A model generated the notes under the pieces. It saw only the letters and a program-made list of their open reading frames with translations. It was not told where the DNA came from and did no database searches. From the NCBI GenBank assembly GCA_964630185.1, contig CAZVTQ010000003.1, positions 109,175-173,174 on the forward strand: a DNA stretch of 64,000 nt. The letters run 5' to 3'. Below are positions 27,828 to 37,090 of this stretch, in pieces. The translations under genes were made by a program, and so were the position numbers. Position 1 is the stretch's first letter; each line of letters begins with the position of its first letter. Origin of the DNA: an uncultured Candidatus Saccharibacteria bacterium. GTDB lineage: Bacteria > Patescibacteriota > Saccharimonadia > Saccharimonadales > Saccharimonadaceae.

Positions 27828-27905
27828 TGGTGATCCCACGGGGAATCGAACCCCGATTTCCAGGATGAGAACCTGGTGTCCTAAACCGTTAGACGATGGG
27901 ACCAC
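27828..27905 (-). tRNA. tRNA-Glu (anticodon CUC), CCA encoded
   Basis: GTGGTCCCATCGTCTAACGGTTTAGGACACCAGGTTCTCATCCTGGAAATCGGGGTTCGATTCCCCGTGGGATCACCA. Cloverleaf checked by hand: 7-bp acceptor stem, anticodon loop TTCTCAT, T-loop TTCGATT. Confidence 0.9.
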
Positions 27906-27955
27906 GTATCACCAATCTTAACAGAGGCGGATGGTTTCTACAACTGCTGATAGAT

Positions 27956-27993
27956 AAATAAAAATAGCCCGTCCCCCGGTTTGGGGACGGGCT
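27956..27993 (-). terminator. Intrinsic terminator after the 337-aa ORF
   Basis: On the minus strand: AGCCCGTCCCC-AAACCG-GGGGACGGGCT followed by ATTTTTATTT. Confidence 0.7.
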
Positions 27994-28009
27994 TTCTACG
28001 GAACGTGTT

Positions 28010-29023
28010 CTAGTCCTTTCGGGCTTTATTCAGAGCTTGCATGAAGTTGATTACATCTTCATCAGGCTGAAATGCCAGTCGGTTTTCCTCGTCACGCCAT
28101 GCCTTGATGGCAGTAGCAACGAGCTCACTAATGTCTGAGAAAACACCTTGGAAAGCTCCTGCATACATGATGTCGTCACCGTCATCACGTATGTGGAACT
28201 CAACATAGGCCTTTGAGTTACTGATCTCAACGCCTACACGTTGAAAGCCCCATACAGCTTTTACTTCCACTTCATCGAAAGAAGCAGAATGGCCTTTCCA
28301 CCCAGCTTCTTCAAGCTTCTGCTTCATCCCTTGGGAATAAACAGTCTTGTTGAATTTCAATGCGAGGGCTGCGAGCTCAGCTCCGAGTTCTATCACTTGA
28401 GAGTTACCGCGAAGAGTTGCTTCGGTGAGAGTTCTGTTATTGAGCCAGAGATGATCTTCAATGTGAGATTTCTGCTCAAGTTCACGAAAACCCTCTTTAG
28501 GCGGAAGGTAGATGGTGATTTCGACTGACCTCTCGACAAATTCGCCGAAAAGGCCATCTTCTTCACCACCTTCTTTGTAGATGGCCTCTACCGTCACCCA
28601 TGTCAGGTATGCGATTTTCGAATGGATTCCTCCACTCTTAATTTCTTCGTGGTTGTCACGATACAAGATGTCTCTACCGTAGATAGTCATCTGTCGCCGC
28701 ACATCATCACTCATGCCGAATGGAAGTGAGTTGATGACCTCTCCGCTGTGCGAAATGGCATAGAGGTGTTCACCTTGTTTTGCCATACCGCCCCTGTGAG
28801 GGCCTGAGACCACTCCCAGAGCGCTTCTGTCACCGTATATTCCTACATTTCGAGGTATACGGTACATAAGGTCTCCATCTGCTCTCGCTACCTTGATAGT
28901 GAGGGCGCCGACTTGCGGCTCGTGATTACGCTCGAACGGATATTGAAAGCCGAGATTCATCACTTTTTCAAGAAAAGGATACTGCTTGCGCAGTTTCATG
29001 TTTTTCTGTGAATTTGGGTTCAC
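28010..29023 (-). CDS. Hypothetical protein (337 aa)
   Basis: Clean ORF next to tRNA-Glu. No motif recognised. Confidence 0.5.
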   Translation of the reverse strand: MNPNSQKNMKLRKQYPFLEKVMNLGFQYPFERNHEPQVGALTIKVARADGDLMYRIPRNVGIYGDRSALGVVSGPHRGGMAKQGEHLYAISHSGEVINSLPFGMSDDVRRQMTIYGRDILYRDNHEEIKSGGIHSKIAYLTWVTVEAIYKEGGEEDGLFGEFVERSVEITIYLPPKEGFRELEQKSHIEDHLWLNNRTLTEATLRGNSQVIELGAELAALALKFNKTVYSQGMKQKLEEAGWKGHSASFDEVEVKAVWGFQRVGVEISNSKAYVEFHIRDDGDDIMYAGAFQGVFSDISELVATAIKAWRDEENRLAFQPDEDVINFMQALNKARKD

Positions 29024-29125
29024 AATTTCACCACATTCCGTAGTTATTAAGGAACTAGCATTCCGCTAGGTCTTGGACGAATGTCCAAAGCATATTCTAA
29101 CATATTAATGGAGCTTAGTAAATGA

Positions 29126-29500
29126 CTACAACTCTTTAATAATCTCTAGTAGTTTCCGTGGAGTTATATCGGCTTTTATGAGGTAGGCTTCGACTTTTTC
29201 TTGCAGTGCGTTACGAGCCTGATCGTCTTCGTCGAAGTTAGTTAGTATCAGCACCTTTGTGTCTGGTATGAGATTTTTTTCGCCGCGAAGTTCAGCTATG
29301 ACCTCGTTGCCCTTTTTTTCTGGCAACATAAGGTCGAGTAGCATGAAGTCATAATGTTTGCTTTTAGCAGCTGCTAACCCGTCGCTACCACTCAGTACCC
29401 AGTCTACTTTGTAGCCAGCTTGGTTGAGGGCTCGGACATACATTTCGCCAATGAAGCGGTCATCTTCTATGCACAGTACTGATTGAGCTGGTTTATCCAT
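29126..29500 (-). CDS. Single-domain (CheY-like) response regulator
   Basis: 124 aa. Receiver hallmarks IEDD, LLDLMLP, LTNF and IKA. Confidence 0.85.
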   Translation of the reverse strand: MDKPAQSVLCIEDDRFIGEMYVRALNQAGYKVDWVLSGSDGLAAAKSKHYDFMLLDLMLPEKKGNEVIAELRGEKNLIPDTKVLILTNFDEDDQARNALQEKVEAYLIKADITPRKLLEIIKEL

Positions 29501-29502
29501 GT

Positions 29503-30966
29503 TTATCCCCTATACATTGAGTGGTTTTTAATATATTTCTTTTCTTTTTTCTCGATGATTGACTCGTTACTATTATCGCTTTTTGCTAGCTTATCTGCAA
29601 CACTTGCGTACGTTGGAATGGTGAATGCAAATACAGTACCGTGACCTTCGTCGCTGCGAACAGAAATTGTTCCGCCGTGTGACTCGATAATAGCTTTGGT
29701 AATGTACAGTCCAAGCCCAGTTCCAACGGTGTTTTCGCGGGAACGGTGTGAACGGTAGAATTTGTCGAAAATATGGCTTAGCAGTGCGCCCGGAATACCT
29801 ATACCATTGTCTTGTACGCTGACTTCGACGAAGTTTTCAATAGGCTTGGCAGATATAACGACTAGCCCGCCTTCACTGCTGTACTTGATAGCATTGTCGA
29901 CTAAGTTGACGATTACTTCGCTCAAGCTTCCTCTGTCGGCGGCAACAGTAGGTAAATCTTCTGGGAAATTGACATTGAGCATGCGGTGGTGCGTGCGAGC
30001 TCTAAGATCAAGATCATCACCAACCGAACTATAAATTTTGCTGAGAGTTTCTTCCTTGAGGTGAACTTGGAGGTGGCGTCGGTCATAACGAGAAACGTTA
30101 AGAATGTTGTTGATGTACGTTGTCAGGCGGTCAGCCGAAACGTCAAGCCTCTCAAAGAAAGCTAGTTGGTCGTCGGTGAGCGTTAGCTCTTGGCGAAGGA
30201 CGTCGAGGTAGCCTTTTATGACAGTTATAGGTCCACGTAGCTCGTGGGCGGCTAATGCTGTGAAATCTAGGTCGTCTTCGTCCGTACTGTAATCTTCTGT
30301 GCGATCAACTGAAACGAGCACAGTTTCTATCGACTCGACGCCGTCTTGATGATACAAAGCAAGTAGGTCAAAAAATTGTCGGCTTTCTTCGCTTTCGATA
30401 TTGATTTGGCGCATGCGTTTCCACCATTTTGAGGCAGAGATATTCTTACCTACTACGCTGTCGAGCCAAAGATTTAGCGAGTCGTTTTCGCTAAAGTTTA
30501 TATTGAGTTCTTTGCCGCCACCGTGAGTAGGTGCTGCTTTGTTGCTATATATGATTTCACGTTTTTGGTTGAGCACTACTATGCCTAGCGGCAAATTATC
30601 GAGTAGCGCATGAGCAAATTCAAACTCTGAGTCGACATTGCTCTCGGGGTTTTTCTCGGCATGGAGTCTCCGTATAAGCTCGACGACACTGCTATTTTTG
30701 TCGAAAGGCTTGTCGCTGTATGCATACAAAAGAGCATCACTTACCTGCTGCATTGGTCGAGCAGCAATAGAGGCAATCATATATGCTCCAATACTCTCAA
30801 GGCCAATAAATGCTAGGGCGATAATTAGTAGAGATTCATTGTTACTCATACTTTGAGTAATCAGTGCGGTTGTCAAATAAAGTATGACGCCGATGACAAT
30901 TTGTATAAGCAAAAACAGCCCGATGAGCTGTAGCTTTTGCATTTTTGCTGTAGACTTTACTGCCAC
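29503..30966 (-). CDS. Membrane sensor histidine kinase
   Basis: Two TM segments, H-box LAAHELRGPIT, N box VNLVDNAIKYS, G boxes DNGIGIP and GTGLGLYI. Confidence 0.9.
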   Translation of the reverse strand: MAVKSTAKMQKLQLIGLFLLIQIVIGVILYLTTALITQSMSNNESLLIIALAFIGLESIGAYMIASIAARPMQQVSDALLYAYSDKPFDKNSSVVELIRRLHAEKNPESNVDSEFEFAHALLDNLPLGIVVLNQKREIIYSNKAAPTHGGGKELNINFSENDSLNLWLDSVVGKNISASKWWKRMRQINIESEESRQFFDLLALYHQDGVESIETVLVSVDRTEDYSTDEDDLDFTALAAHELRGPITVIKGYLDVLRQELTLTDDQLAFFERLDVSADRLTTYINNILNVSRYDRRHLQVHLKEETLSKIYSSVGDDLDLRARTHHRMLNVNFPEDLPTVAADRGSLSEVIVNLVDNAIKYSSEGGLVVISAKPIENFVEVSVQDNGIGIPGALLSHIFDKFYRSHRSRENTVGTGLGLYITKAIIESHGGTISVRSDEGHGTVFAFTIPTYASVADKLAKSDNSNESIIEKKEKKYIKNHSMYRG

Positions 30967-32132
30967 GTTACACTCCTATCGGTGCCAATTGCTGCTATCC
31001 AGGTTTGGCCACGCTCCAGAGGAATTTCTTTGCCCTTGCTATCGAGAAACTTGATCTGACTTTTTTTGTCATCCTTTTTCCATGTTCCGGCCACGTGTTC
31101 ACCGTTTTGGAAAATATGCGCTTCGCCTGAGCCGATTGTGCTCATCTGCTCTCTATAGCCGTCTTCATAACCAAGCTTAGTTGGTACTTTCATGACAACG
31201 ACAACTCGTGGGCTAATTTGTCCCTGTTCTCGGTCGAGATGCGGTGCGCCTCCTTGTGAGCGGTTATAGGTTTTAGTGCCTGCATCGTAACTATAAGAAG
31301 AGTTATATAAAGCTCCGGATATATTTACTTGTATTTGGGTGGCGGCTTCTGCTGGGGTTTGCACCTTTTTCTTTTTGGCTGGCTTTTCGGGCTCAATTGC
31401 TACTCGGGTAAAGCCGGTAAAGTTGGATTCTTTATAGCCTTTTGCATCGTTAAGTGCGTTAAGGTTGGCGAAACTCGTGTATACATTGTGCGGTGCATAG
31501 CGGTCTTTTGAGCGCCAGTAAGTGCTAGCATTGAAGAACTGGTCGATATCACGGTACTGACCGTTCCTGACCTCTTTAAGGGCGTTGTAGCTACCCCCAA
31601 TATGGGCAACACTTGCATCAAAAGCGGCTATCCAGTCGACATAGTACGGACGAACCGAACGAACTGGTCCGATTAGCGATGGTTGTTCTTGTTGGTATAT
31701 TGCTAGAAATCGTGTTATTCCACCTTCAGCAACTGCTTCAAACACCACTCCGCTGTCTTTAATTCCTGATTGCGGACGAGCATCGGGGCTGTTTTCTATC
31801 ATAATGCCTGTAACAGCGCGTTTGGTAGCAGCTTCGTCAGTTACTTCGTTGCCGGTGAGTGGTGAGTAGTATTTTTGGGCAAGTTTTTCGTGAATGATGG
31901 TTCCGAGTGTGATGATTTCAGGGTCTTTATAGGTCGAGAGCATAGCCAGTAAGCCTATACCAACAGCAACAATGATAGCAACCGTAGCGAAAAAGTAACG
32001 CACTCCTCGATTGTCGTGCAATAACTGATGTACGCGAGTCCAACGCTTCGGCTTGGTTCGCTCTGACTTTTCTATTTTGTCATGGAGTTCACCGTCGAAG
32101 TGTTTGCGTTTTTCTTTTTGTAAAAAAGCCAT
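30957..32132 (-). CDS. DUF3048 (YerB-like) secreted or membrane-anchored protein
   Basis: GIMIENSPDARPQSGIKDSGVVFEAVAEGGITRFLAIY...VRSVRPYYVDW matches the DUF3048 pattern. I prefer the ATG at 32132; a TATAAT box ends 6 nt upstream, so the mRNA may be leaderless. Overlaps the downstream kinase gene by 10 nt. Confidence 0.7.
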   Translation of the reverse strand: MAFLQKEKRKHFDGELHDKIEKSERTKPKRWTRVHQLLHDNRGVRYFFATVAIIVAVGIGLLAMLSTYKDPEIITLGTIIHEKLAQKYYSPLTGNEVTDEAATKRAVTGIMIENSPDARPQSGIKDSGVVFEAVAEGGITRFLAIYQQEQPSLIGPVRSVRPYYVDWIAAFDASVAHIGGSYNALKEVRNGQYRDIDQFFNASTYWRSKDRYAPHNVYTSFANLNALNDAKGYKESNFTGFTRVAIEPEKPAKKKKVQTPAEAATQIQVNISGALYNSSYSYDAGTKTYNRSQGGAPHLDREQGQISPRVVVVMKVPTKLGYEDGYREQMSTIGSGEAHIFQNGEHVAGTWKKDDKKSQIKFLDSKGKEIPLERGQTWIAAIGTDRSVTWQ

Positions 32133-32198
32133 AAGCGTATTATACCGCAAAACAGAAGTAAAAACCCCCGGTCAATTAAGACCGGGGGTATAGGTTGC

Positions 32199-33002
32199 CT
32201 ACAAGAGGCCGCCGTTTGTTGCATCGATAAGCCTGCCGTGAAAGCCAGGCTCCTCCCAGATTGCGACTGGCGCTTTGAACTCACGTTCTTCTTCGAGGTA
32301 GGCGTAAACAATCGGGTCAAACCCCGATGAATTACCAACTTCGAGTGCCGAAAGTTTGAATTCTACTTTCGGGATGGCGTCCTTGATTGACAGCATCAAC
32401 TGCAGTGTCGATTCGGGTATGACTCCTTTATAGGAGAACGGTCCAACACCTAGAGCTTTGTCAAAGGAATATGAATTCCAGGCTGCTCTTTTTTTTCTAT
32501 AGCCGCGGTACTCAGACCACCAACAGAGCCAGAAGACCAGGCATACGCCTACTACAAATGCAGCAATGATTGCGCCTATGCCAAGTCCATTTACGTTGCC
32601 AAGCTCGTCAGTTACCTTCGCAAAAAGGAAAACAAGCAGCAGTGCGATGATGCTAGTTACAAGGAAAACACCCGTAATAGTCATTGCTCGTACTTGCTTG
32701 CTGTTAACTTCCTTTTCCACCTTCTTAATCTGTTGAGACTTGTACGTCTTAACTTCACTTGGTCGGTACAGCTGAATCTCATGCTCTTGGAACTGAGCCA
32801 GAAGTGTTGGGATCTTCCCTTCCTCAAACCGAACTGTGTTCGAGATTCGGTATTTGAGAGTCTTTTCGACTTTTTCGGCAAACGCTACCACCGGTGCGTC
32901 TTCCGAAGCGTCTGGAAACTCTTCTTCGATCAGCTTTTCAGCCGATATCCGATACGGTGTTCTTGGTGCAGACTGTAGCCTGACACCGCCTCTTCCGCCC
33001 AT
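32199..33002 (-). CDS. Hypothetical 2-TM membrane protein
   Basis: Start set at the ATG at 33002 (AAAGGAG upstream). Two central TM helices. Confidence 0.5.
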   Translation of the reverse strand: MGGRGGVRLQSAPRTPYRISAEKLIEEEFPDASEDAPVVAFAEKVEKTLKYRISNTVRFEEGKIPTLLAQFQEHEIQLYRPSEVKTYKSQQIKKVEKEVNSKQVRAMTITGVFLVTSIIALLLVFLFAKVTDELGNVNGLGIGAIIAAFVVGVCLVFWLCWWSEYRGYRKKRAAWNSYSFDKALGVGPFSYKGVIPESTLQLMLSIKDAIPKVEFKLSALEVGNSSGFDPIVYAYLEEEREFKAPVAIWEEPGFHGRLIDATNGGLL

Positions 33003-33215
33003 GATTACTCCTTTGTCGATGTGTAGGTGCAAAACTTTCTCTCGAAAGATTAAGTATATTTATAGCACTAATATGCTAATAAATCAACTTTATATCGTAC
33101 AGTTGTAACTTCTTATAGGGATTTATATATGCCCATCATATAAACACCTACAAGGTTAGCGAGACCGAGACTTTTTTACGAGTCTCGGTCTCATGTGAGC
33201 CATCCAGGCTCGCTA

Positions 33216-33512
33216 CTAACAACTGAAAGGGGACGTTTGATCAACACTCCTTCCAAGAGCATCGTCATGTGAATCGCCTGCCTTGCGGTAGCCGATGTAG
33301 AGATCAATGAGTCTCAAGTACTCATCTCTACAGTCGTCTTCTGCGAATTGGTCGTAGTCCGCGACGACCTCATCAACCTGTGTTTGAGTTATGGACGGAA
33401 CGTTTTTTCGCAGAACATCCTCTTGCTCTCCCTTGCCCGTGAAGTCAAGCTGATTTAGCGTTAAGATTGAAACCAGGCAAAAAACAGTAATCACCAACAA
33501 CCTCATATTCAC
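33216..33512 (-). CDS. Hypothetical small secreted protein
   Basis: Signal-like MNMRLLVITVFCLVSILTL. 98 aa. Confidence 0.45.
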   Translation of the reverse strand: MNMRLLVITVFCLVSILTLNQLDFTGKGEQEDVLRKNVPSITQTQVDEVVADYDQFAEDDCRDEYLRLIDLYIGYRKAGDSHDDALGRSVDQTSPFSC

Positions 33513-33687
33513 CCACTGTGTAGTTGTTTTTTGAAGTAGCTTGTTCCAATATAATCAGAACTTAAAAATATTATACAATGAAAATAATTATTACACAATT
33601 TTATATCGTACCAGACGAGTCGATATTTCGACTATTCTGGTACGAGGACAGAGGAGCTGGAGGCTCCGCGAGGCCTCGTAGCTAGAC

Positions 33688-34032
33688 TTAGCGCAGGTTT
33701 TCTGCTCGTAGCTTGTAACGCCAGTTGCAGCTGACTGTCACTTCGCGACCCGTCTTCACCGACAGGCATTTGCTCAGTTGTTCTGCTAGTTTGTAGCGCG
33801 TCATGATTGCTTTGAAGCCGACTTTGTCACCAGTTTTTCGCAGAGCAAGTCGTTGCTTGAGCGGCATGGTGTATTCACCGATTGTGGCGTTTCCTCCTGC
33901 ATCCCACCTGATTGCGGCATCGTTTTCGAGCTCAGTTGCGAGCTCTTCAGCGAACGCGTTGATTGCTTTGTAAAAAGCTTCAAAGCGGAAATGCTCGTTC
34001 AAAGTCATCATGCTTGTTGCTGTGCCGCCCAT
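33688..34032 (-). CDS. Hypothetical basic protein (114 aa), tandem paralog B
   Basis: Start set at the ATG at 34032 (AAAGGAG upstream). Layout resembles the upstream ORF. Confidence 0.45.
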   Translation of the reverse strand: MGGTATSMMTLNEHFRFEAFYKAINAFAEELATELENDAAIRWDAGGNATIGEYTMPLKQRLALRKTGDKVGFKAIMTRYKLAEQLSKCLSVKTGREVTVSCNWRYKLRAENLR

Positions 34033-34042
34033 GAGTTCTCCT

Positions 34043-34384
34043 TTAGAGTTTGATTTGGATACGACGTTTTGTACAAACAACCTCTGGATTTTTAAATCCT
34101 TGGTCATGTTTAAGCGAAAGCTCTATTTCTCTCGCAAAAAGACGGATAGTCGTTTTGCGCTTTAATCGTAGTCGTTTACCTGCCTTTTTCAAGGAGGAAC
34201 GAGTTTCCCGTGGTAGAACGAAAGAAACGTAGTTGCCTCTGCCGTAACCCCCGTAGTAGAGGGTTTTGCTCAACTTTTTCGCAAGCGAGGCTACCTCTGC
34301 AGCTTCTGTTGTGAGCTCGTGGAAACTCCACTTCGTCCACATGTTGCACCGAACCTTTGGTTCGGTTGTTGCATTTTCTTGCAC
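34043..34384 (-). CDS. Hypothetical basic protein, tandem paralog A
   Basis: 113-aa ORF; the start could instead be the internal MWTKW. Helix, then Gly-rich turn, then a K/R-rich segment, as in the neighbouring ORF. Confidence 0.4.
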   Translation of the reverse strand: MQENATTEPKVRCNMWTKWSFHELTTEAAEVASLAKKLSKTLYYGGYGRGNYVSFVLPRETRSSLKKAGKRLRLKRKTTIRLFAREIELSLKHDQGFKNPEVVCTKRRIQIKL

Positions 34385-34508
34385 AACTGCTCCCCTGTCC
34401 GAATGTGATTAATCGTCATAAAGACGACCGATGCGACTCCTCTCAAAAGTGTTTTTTAAGATAAAGAGTATAGGCTATTTATAGCATTTTATAGTAAATA
34501 TTACAAGG

Positions 34509-35924
34509 TTAGTTAGTAGCCAATCTTCTTAGACAGGTCTCTTTGCCTAGTAGAGAGAGTGTATCATTTAGCTGCGGACTAAACGGTGCCCAAGTGGTGT
34601 ATATGCGAATAAGGCTGAAGAGTATGCCGGGTTTTTCACCTGTTGTTTCCAGTAGTTTATTTAATGTTTCTTGGATAGCTTCTGGAGTAAATTCACTAAC
34701 TTCCAAAGCATCTTTTGCTTGGCTTATAAGCTCAGCTCGACGTTCTGAGGAGAGTTTGCGCAACTGTTTGCTGCCCTCGATCAACTCCATGTTTGGCTCG
34801 GGATCAGTAAAGAAATAGCCAAACTGACGGAGGTCTTCCAGAGTTTTTAGGCGATCTTGAGCAAGTGAGAGAACTTGTTTTTTATAGTCAACTTCAGCGC
34901 TATTACCCACTTCTGGCCAAAAGTCAGCCGAAAGTTCGTATAATTTTTCTATATCGAGTTTACGAATGAACTGTCCATTTACCCACTCAAGTCGTTTTTC
35001 GTCAAAATGCGCGCCGGATTTCTGCACTCTGCCTAGAGAGAACTTTTGTATTAACTCCTCTGTTGTGAAAACTTCTTGTTCTGTCCCATCGTTCCACCCT
35101 AGCGTTGCAATGAAGCTTACTAAAGCCTCAGGTAAATACCCACTTTTGATGTAATCGAGAATATCCTTTGCGCCATCACGCTTGCTGAGCTTTTTCCCGC
35201 CCTCTCCACCAAGTATGTGAGGCATCGTGGCAAATACAGGGTGTTCAAGCTCTAGCGCCTCGTATAAATTCAAATAATTTGGTTGTGATGATATAAATTC
35301 CTGACCTCTAATAATATGGCTTATTTGCATCTCTGCATCATCTACGACATGTGCAAAATTGTATGTTGGGTATCCGTCACTTTTAATCAGTATAAAGTCG
35401 TCAATAACCTCTGGTCCAGTCGATAAGTCACCCATAACTTCGTCGTGCCATTCGTACCGCTTTGACTCTGATTTAAACCGAAGGGGCTGGCTACCGTCCC
35501 ATTCAGGCGGATTTTCAGGGCGGTGATTGCGGTATAGAAAAGGCTTCTTCTCAGCTTGCGCTTGTTCGCGAAAAGCTTGAAGCTCTTCACGCGTATATGG
35601 GTCGGCATAAGCGCGGCCACTGCTTATGAGCTTTTGTGCCCATTTTTTATATATATCGAGACGCTCACTTTGCTTATATGGTGCGAATTCCCCACCTATA
35701 TCTGGTCCTTCGTCGTAGTTTAGTCCCAATGCTTTGAGGCTATCAATTAAATGTTCTGCAGACCCTTCTACTTCGCGAGCTTTGTCAGTATCCTCAAGTC
35801 TTAAAATGAATGCGCCGCTACTCTGCCTAGCAACAAGCCAAGCAAATAGTGCGGTTCGCACTCCGCCCACATGTAAAAAGCCAGTTGGGCTTGGGGCAAA
35901 ACGAGTGCGAACTTCTTTTGTCAT
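34509..35924 (-). CDS. gltX: Glutamyl-tRNA synthetase
   Basis: RFAPSPTGFLHVGGVRTALF (HIGH region) and KLSKRDG (KMSKS). Confidence 0.95.
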   Translation of the reverse strand: MTKEVRTRFAPSPTGFLHVGGVRTALFAWLVARQSSGAFILRLEDTDKAREVEGSAEHLIDSLKALGLNYDEGPDIGGEFAPYKQSERLDIYKKWAQKLISSGRAYADPYTREELQAFREQAQAEKKPFLYRNHRPENPPEWDGSQPLRFKSESKRYEWHDEVMGDLSTGPEVIDDFILIKSDGYPTYNFAHVVDDAEMQISHIIRGQEFISSQPNYLNLYEALELEHPVFATMPHILGGEGGKKLSKRDGAKDILDYIKSGYLPEALVSFIATLGWNDGTEQEVFTTEELIQKFSLGRVQKSGAHFDEKRLEWVNGQFIRKLDIEKLYELSADFWPEVGNSAEVDYKKQVLSLAQDRLKTLEDLRQFGYFFTDPEPNMELIEGSKQLRKLSSERRAELISQAKDALEVSEFTPEAIQETLNKLLETTGEKPGILFSLIRIYTTWAPFSPQLNDTLSLLGKETCLRRLATN

Positions 35925-35943
35925 TACTGTCTATTTTAACAGA

Positions 35944-36951
35944 TTACATACTAGCGACAATGCGTTCAACCTGTTGGTTGGACAGCGGCGCAGTGCCGTC
36001 GATGATGTGGAGTATGCCGTCGTTTACCCAAACAGCCTTTTTGTTGTAGCTGTACACAGTAAGGCCTTCGACACTGTGTATTTGATAATCATCTTTTGAG
36101 TCTGACTCAACATAGTTATCTAGAGTTGCTGTAGGGTCCCAGTCGGTTGGCTTTTGCGTTAGTTTATAGCTAAGGCTACTCCCCATTTGTTTGTAGGCAA
36201 CGCTTACTTCTCCGTCGCGATAGCTTATTGGTCCGTGAATCTGATAGCCAGCGGGCTGATAAGAAGGTAGATTTGCATCGACACCGCTGCTTGCGGCTGC
36301 TACGCGAATGGAGAGGTTCGGAATATTGATATATGTCAGGTAGCCTCCAAGTAGCATAAGGGCGACACTGGTCATCGCCACACTAGTGAAGCGAGCTCTG
36401 CGAGTAACATGGCCTGCATGTTTTTGGTGAGAGTTCATAGAGTGAGCTGGAACTTTTTCAACAGCTTGTCGCAGTAGGTGTTCTTTTACAGCACGTGAGC
36501 TGATTGGGGTTTTATTGTGTTGGGCTGTTTCGTGCTCAAGTCTAGCTTTTTCAAGCGCTTTTGTTTGAGCTAGAAGATCTTTGTCGATATCATGTTTTTT
36601 TTCTTGAGGAACAATCTGTTTTGCAGGCGCAAAACGAGTAATACGCTCGGACTTTTGAATATGTCGATGAACTTTATTTGCGTTTGGCCGTACTTTGCTA
36701 GCTGGTTTTTTAAGAATATCACGGCGTAAGGTAGTTGATTTTTGAGGACGGGCTTTTGCGTGTGGAGCCACACTACGAGCTTTTACAGGGGTTGGTGGTG
36801 CCTGTCTAGTTGTAGCAGCTTTTGCAACCGGAGCAATATCGTTGATTACTTTTGTTTTAGGTACATTACTAACAGCAGAGGCCATTGGCTGGCCTGTTGT
36901 CATATCGTAAATCTTGCCGTTTATGATGACAGTTTGTTTTTTTGTGTTCAT
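35944..36951 (-). CDS. Hypothetical single-pass membrane protein (basic cytoplasmic N-terminal half, extracytoplasmic C-terminal domain)
   Basis: TM segment FTSVAMTSVALMLLGGYLTYI. No motif recognised. Confidence 0.5.
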   Translation of the reverse strand: MNTKKQTVIINGKIYDMTTGQPMASAVSNVPKTKVINDIAPVAKAATTRQAPPTPVKARSVAPHAKARPQKSTTLRRDILKKPASKVRPNANKVHRHIQKSERITRFAPAKQIVPQEKKHDIDKDLLAQTKALEKARLEHETAQHNKTPISSRAVKEHLLRQAVEKVPAHSMNSHQKHAGHVTRRARFTSVAMTSVALMLLGGYLTYINIPNLSIRVAAASSGVDANLPSYQPAGYQIHGPISYRDGEVSVAYKQMGSSLSYKLTQKPTDWDPTATLDNYVESDSKDDYQIHSVEGLTVYSYNKKAVWVNDGILHIIDGTAPLSNQQVERIVASM

Positions 36952-37090
36952 TTTTCCTTTTCCTCACTCAGTCCTACCCCAGACTGCTTGTGCTTACTGT
37001 TAATAATACTACAGTTGCCTGTTGTTATGCAATACTTTTTTGTACCAAAATTACTACTCTAAAAAGCTAAAATTCCTATATAATAGCCAT

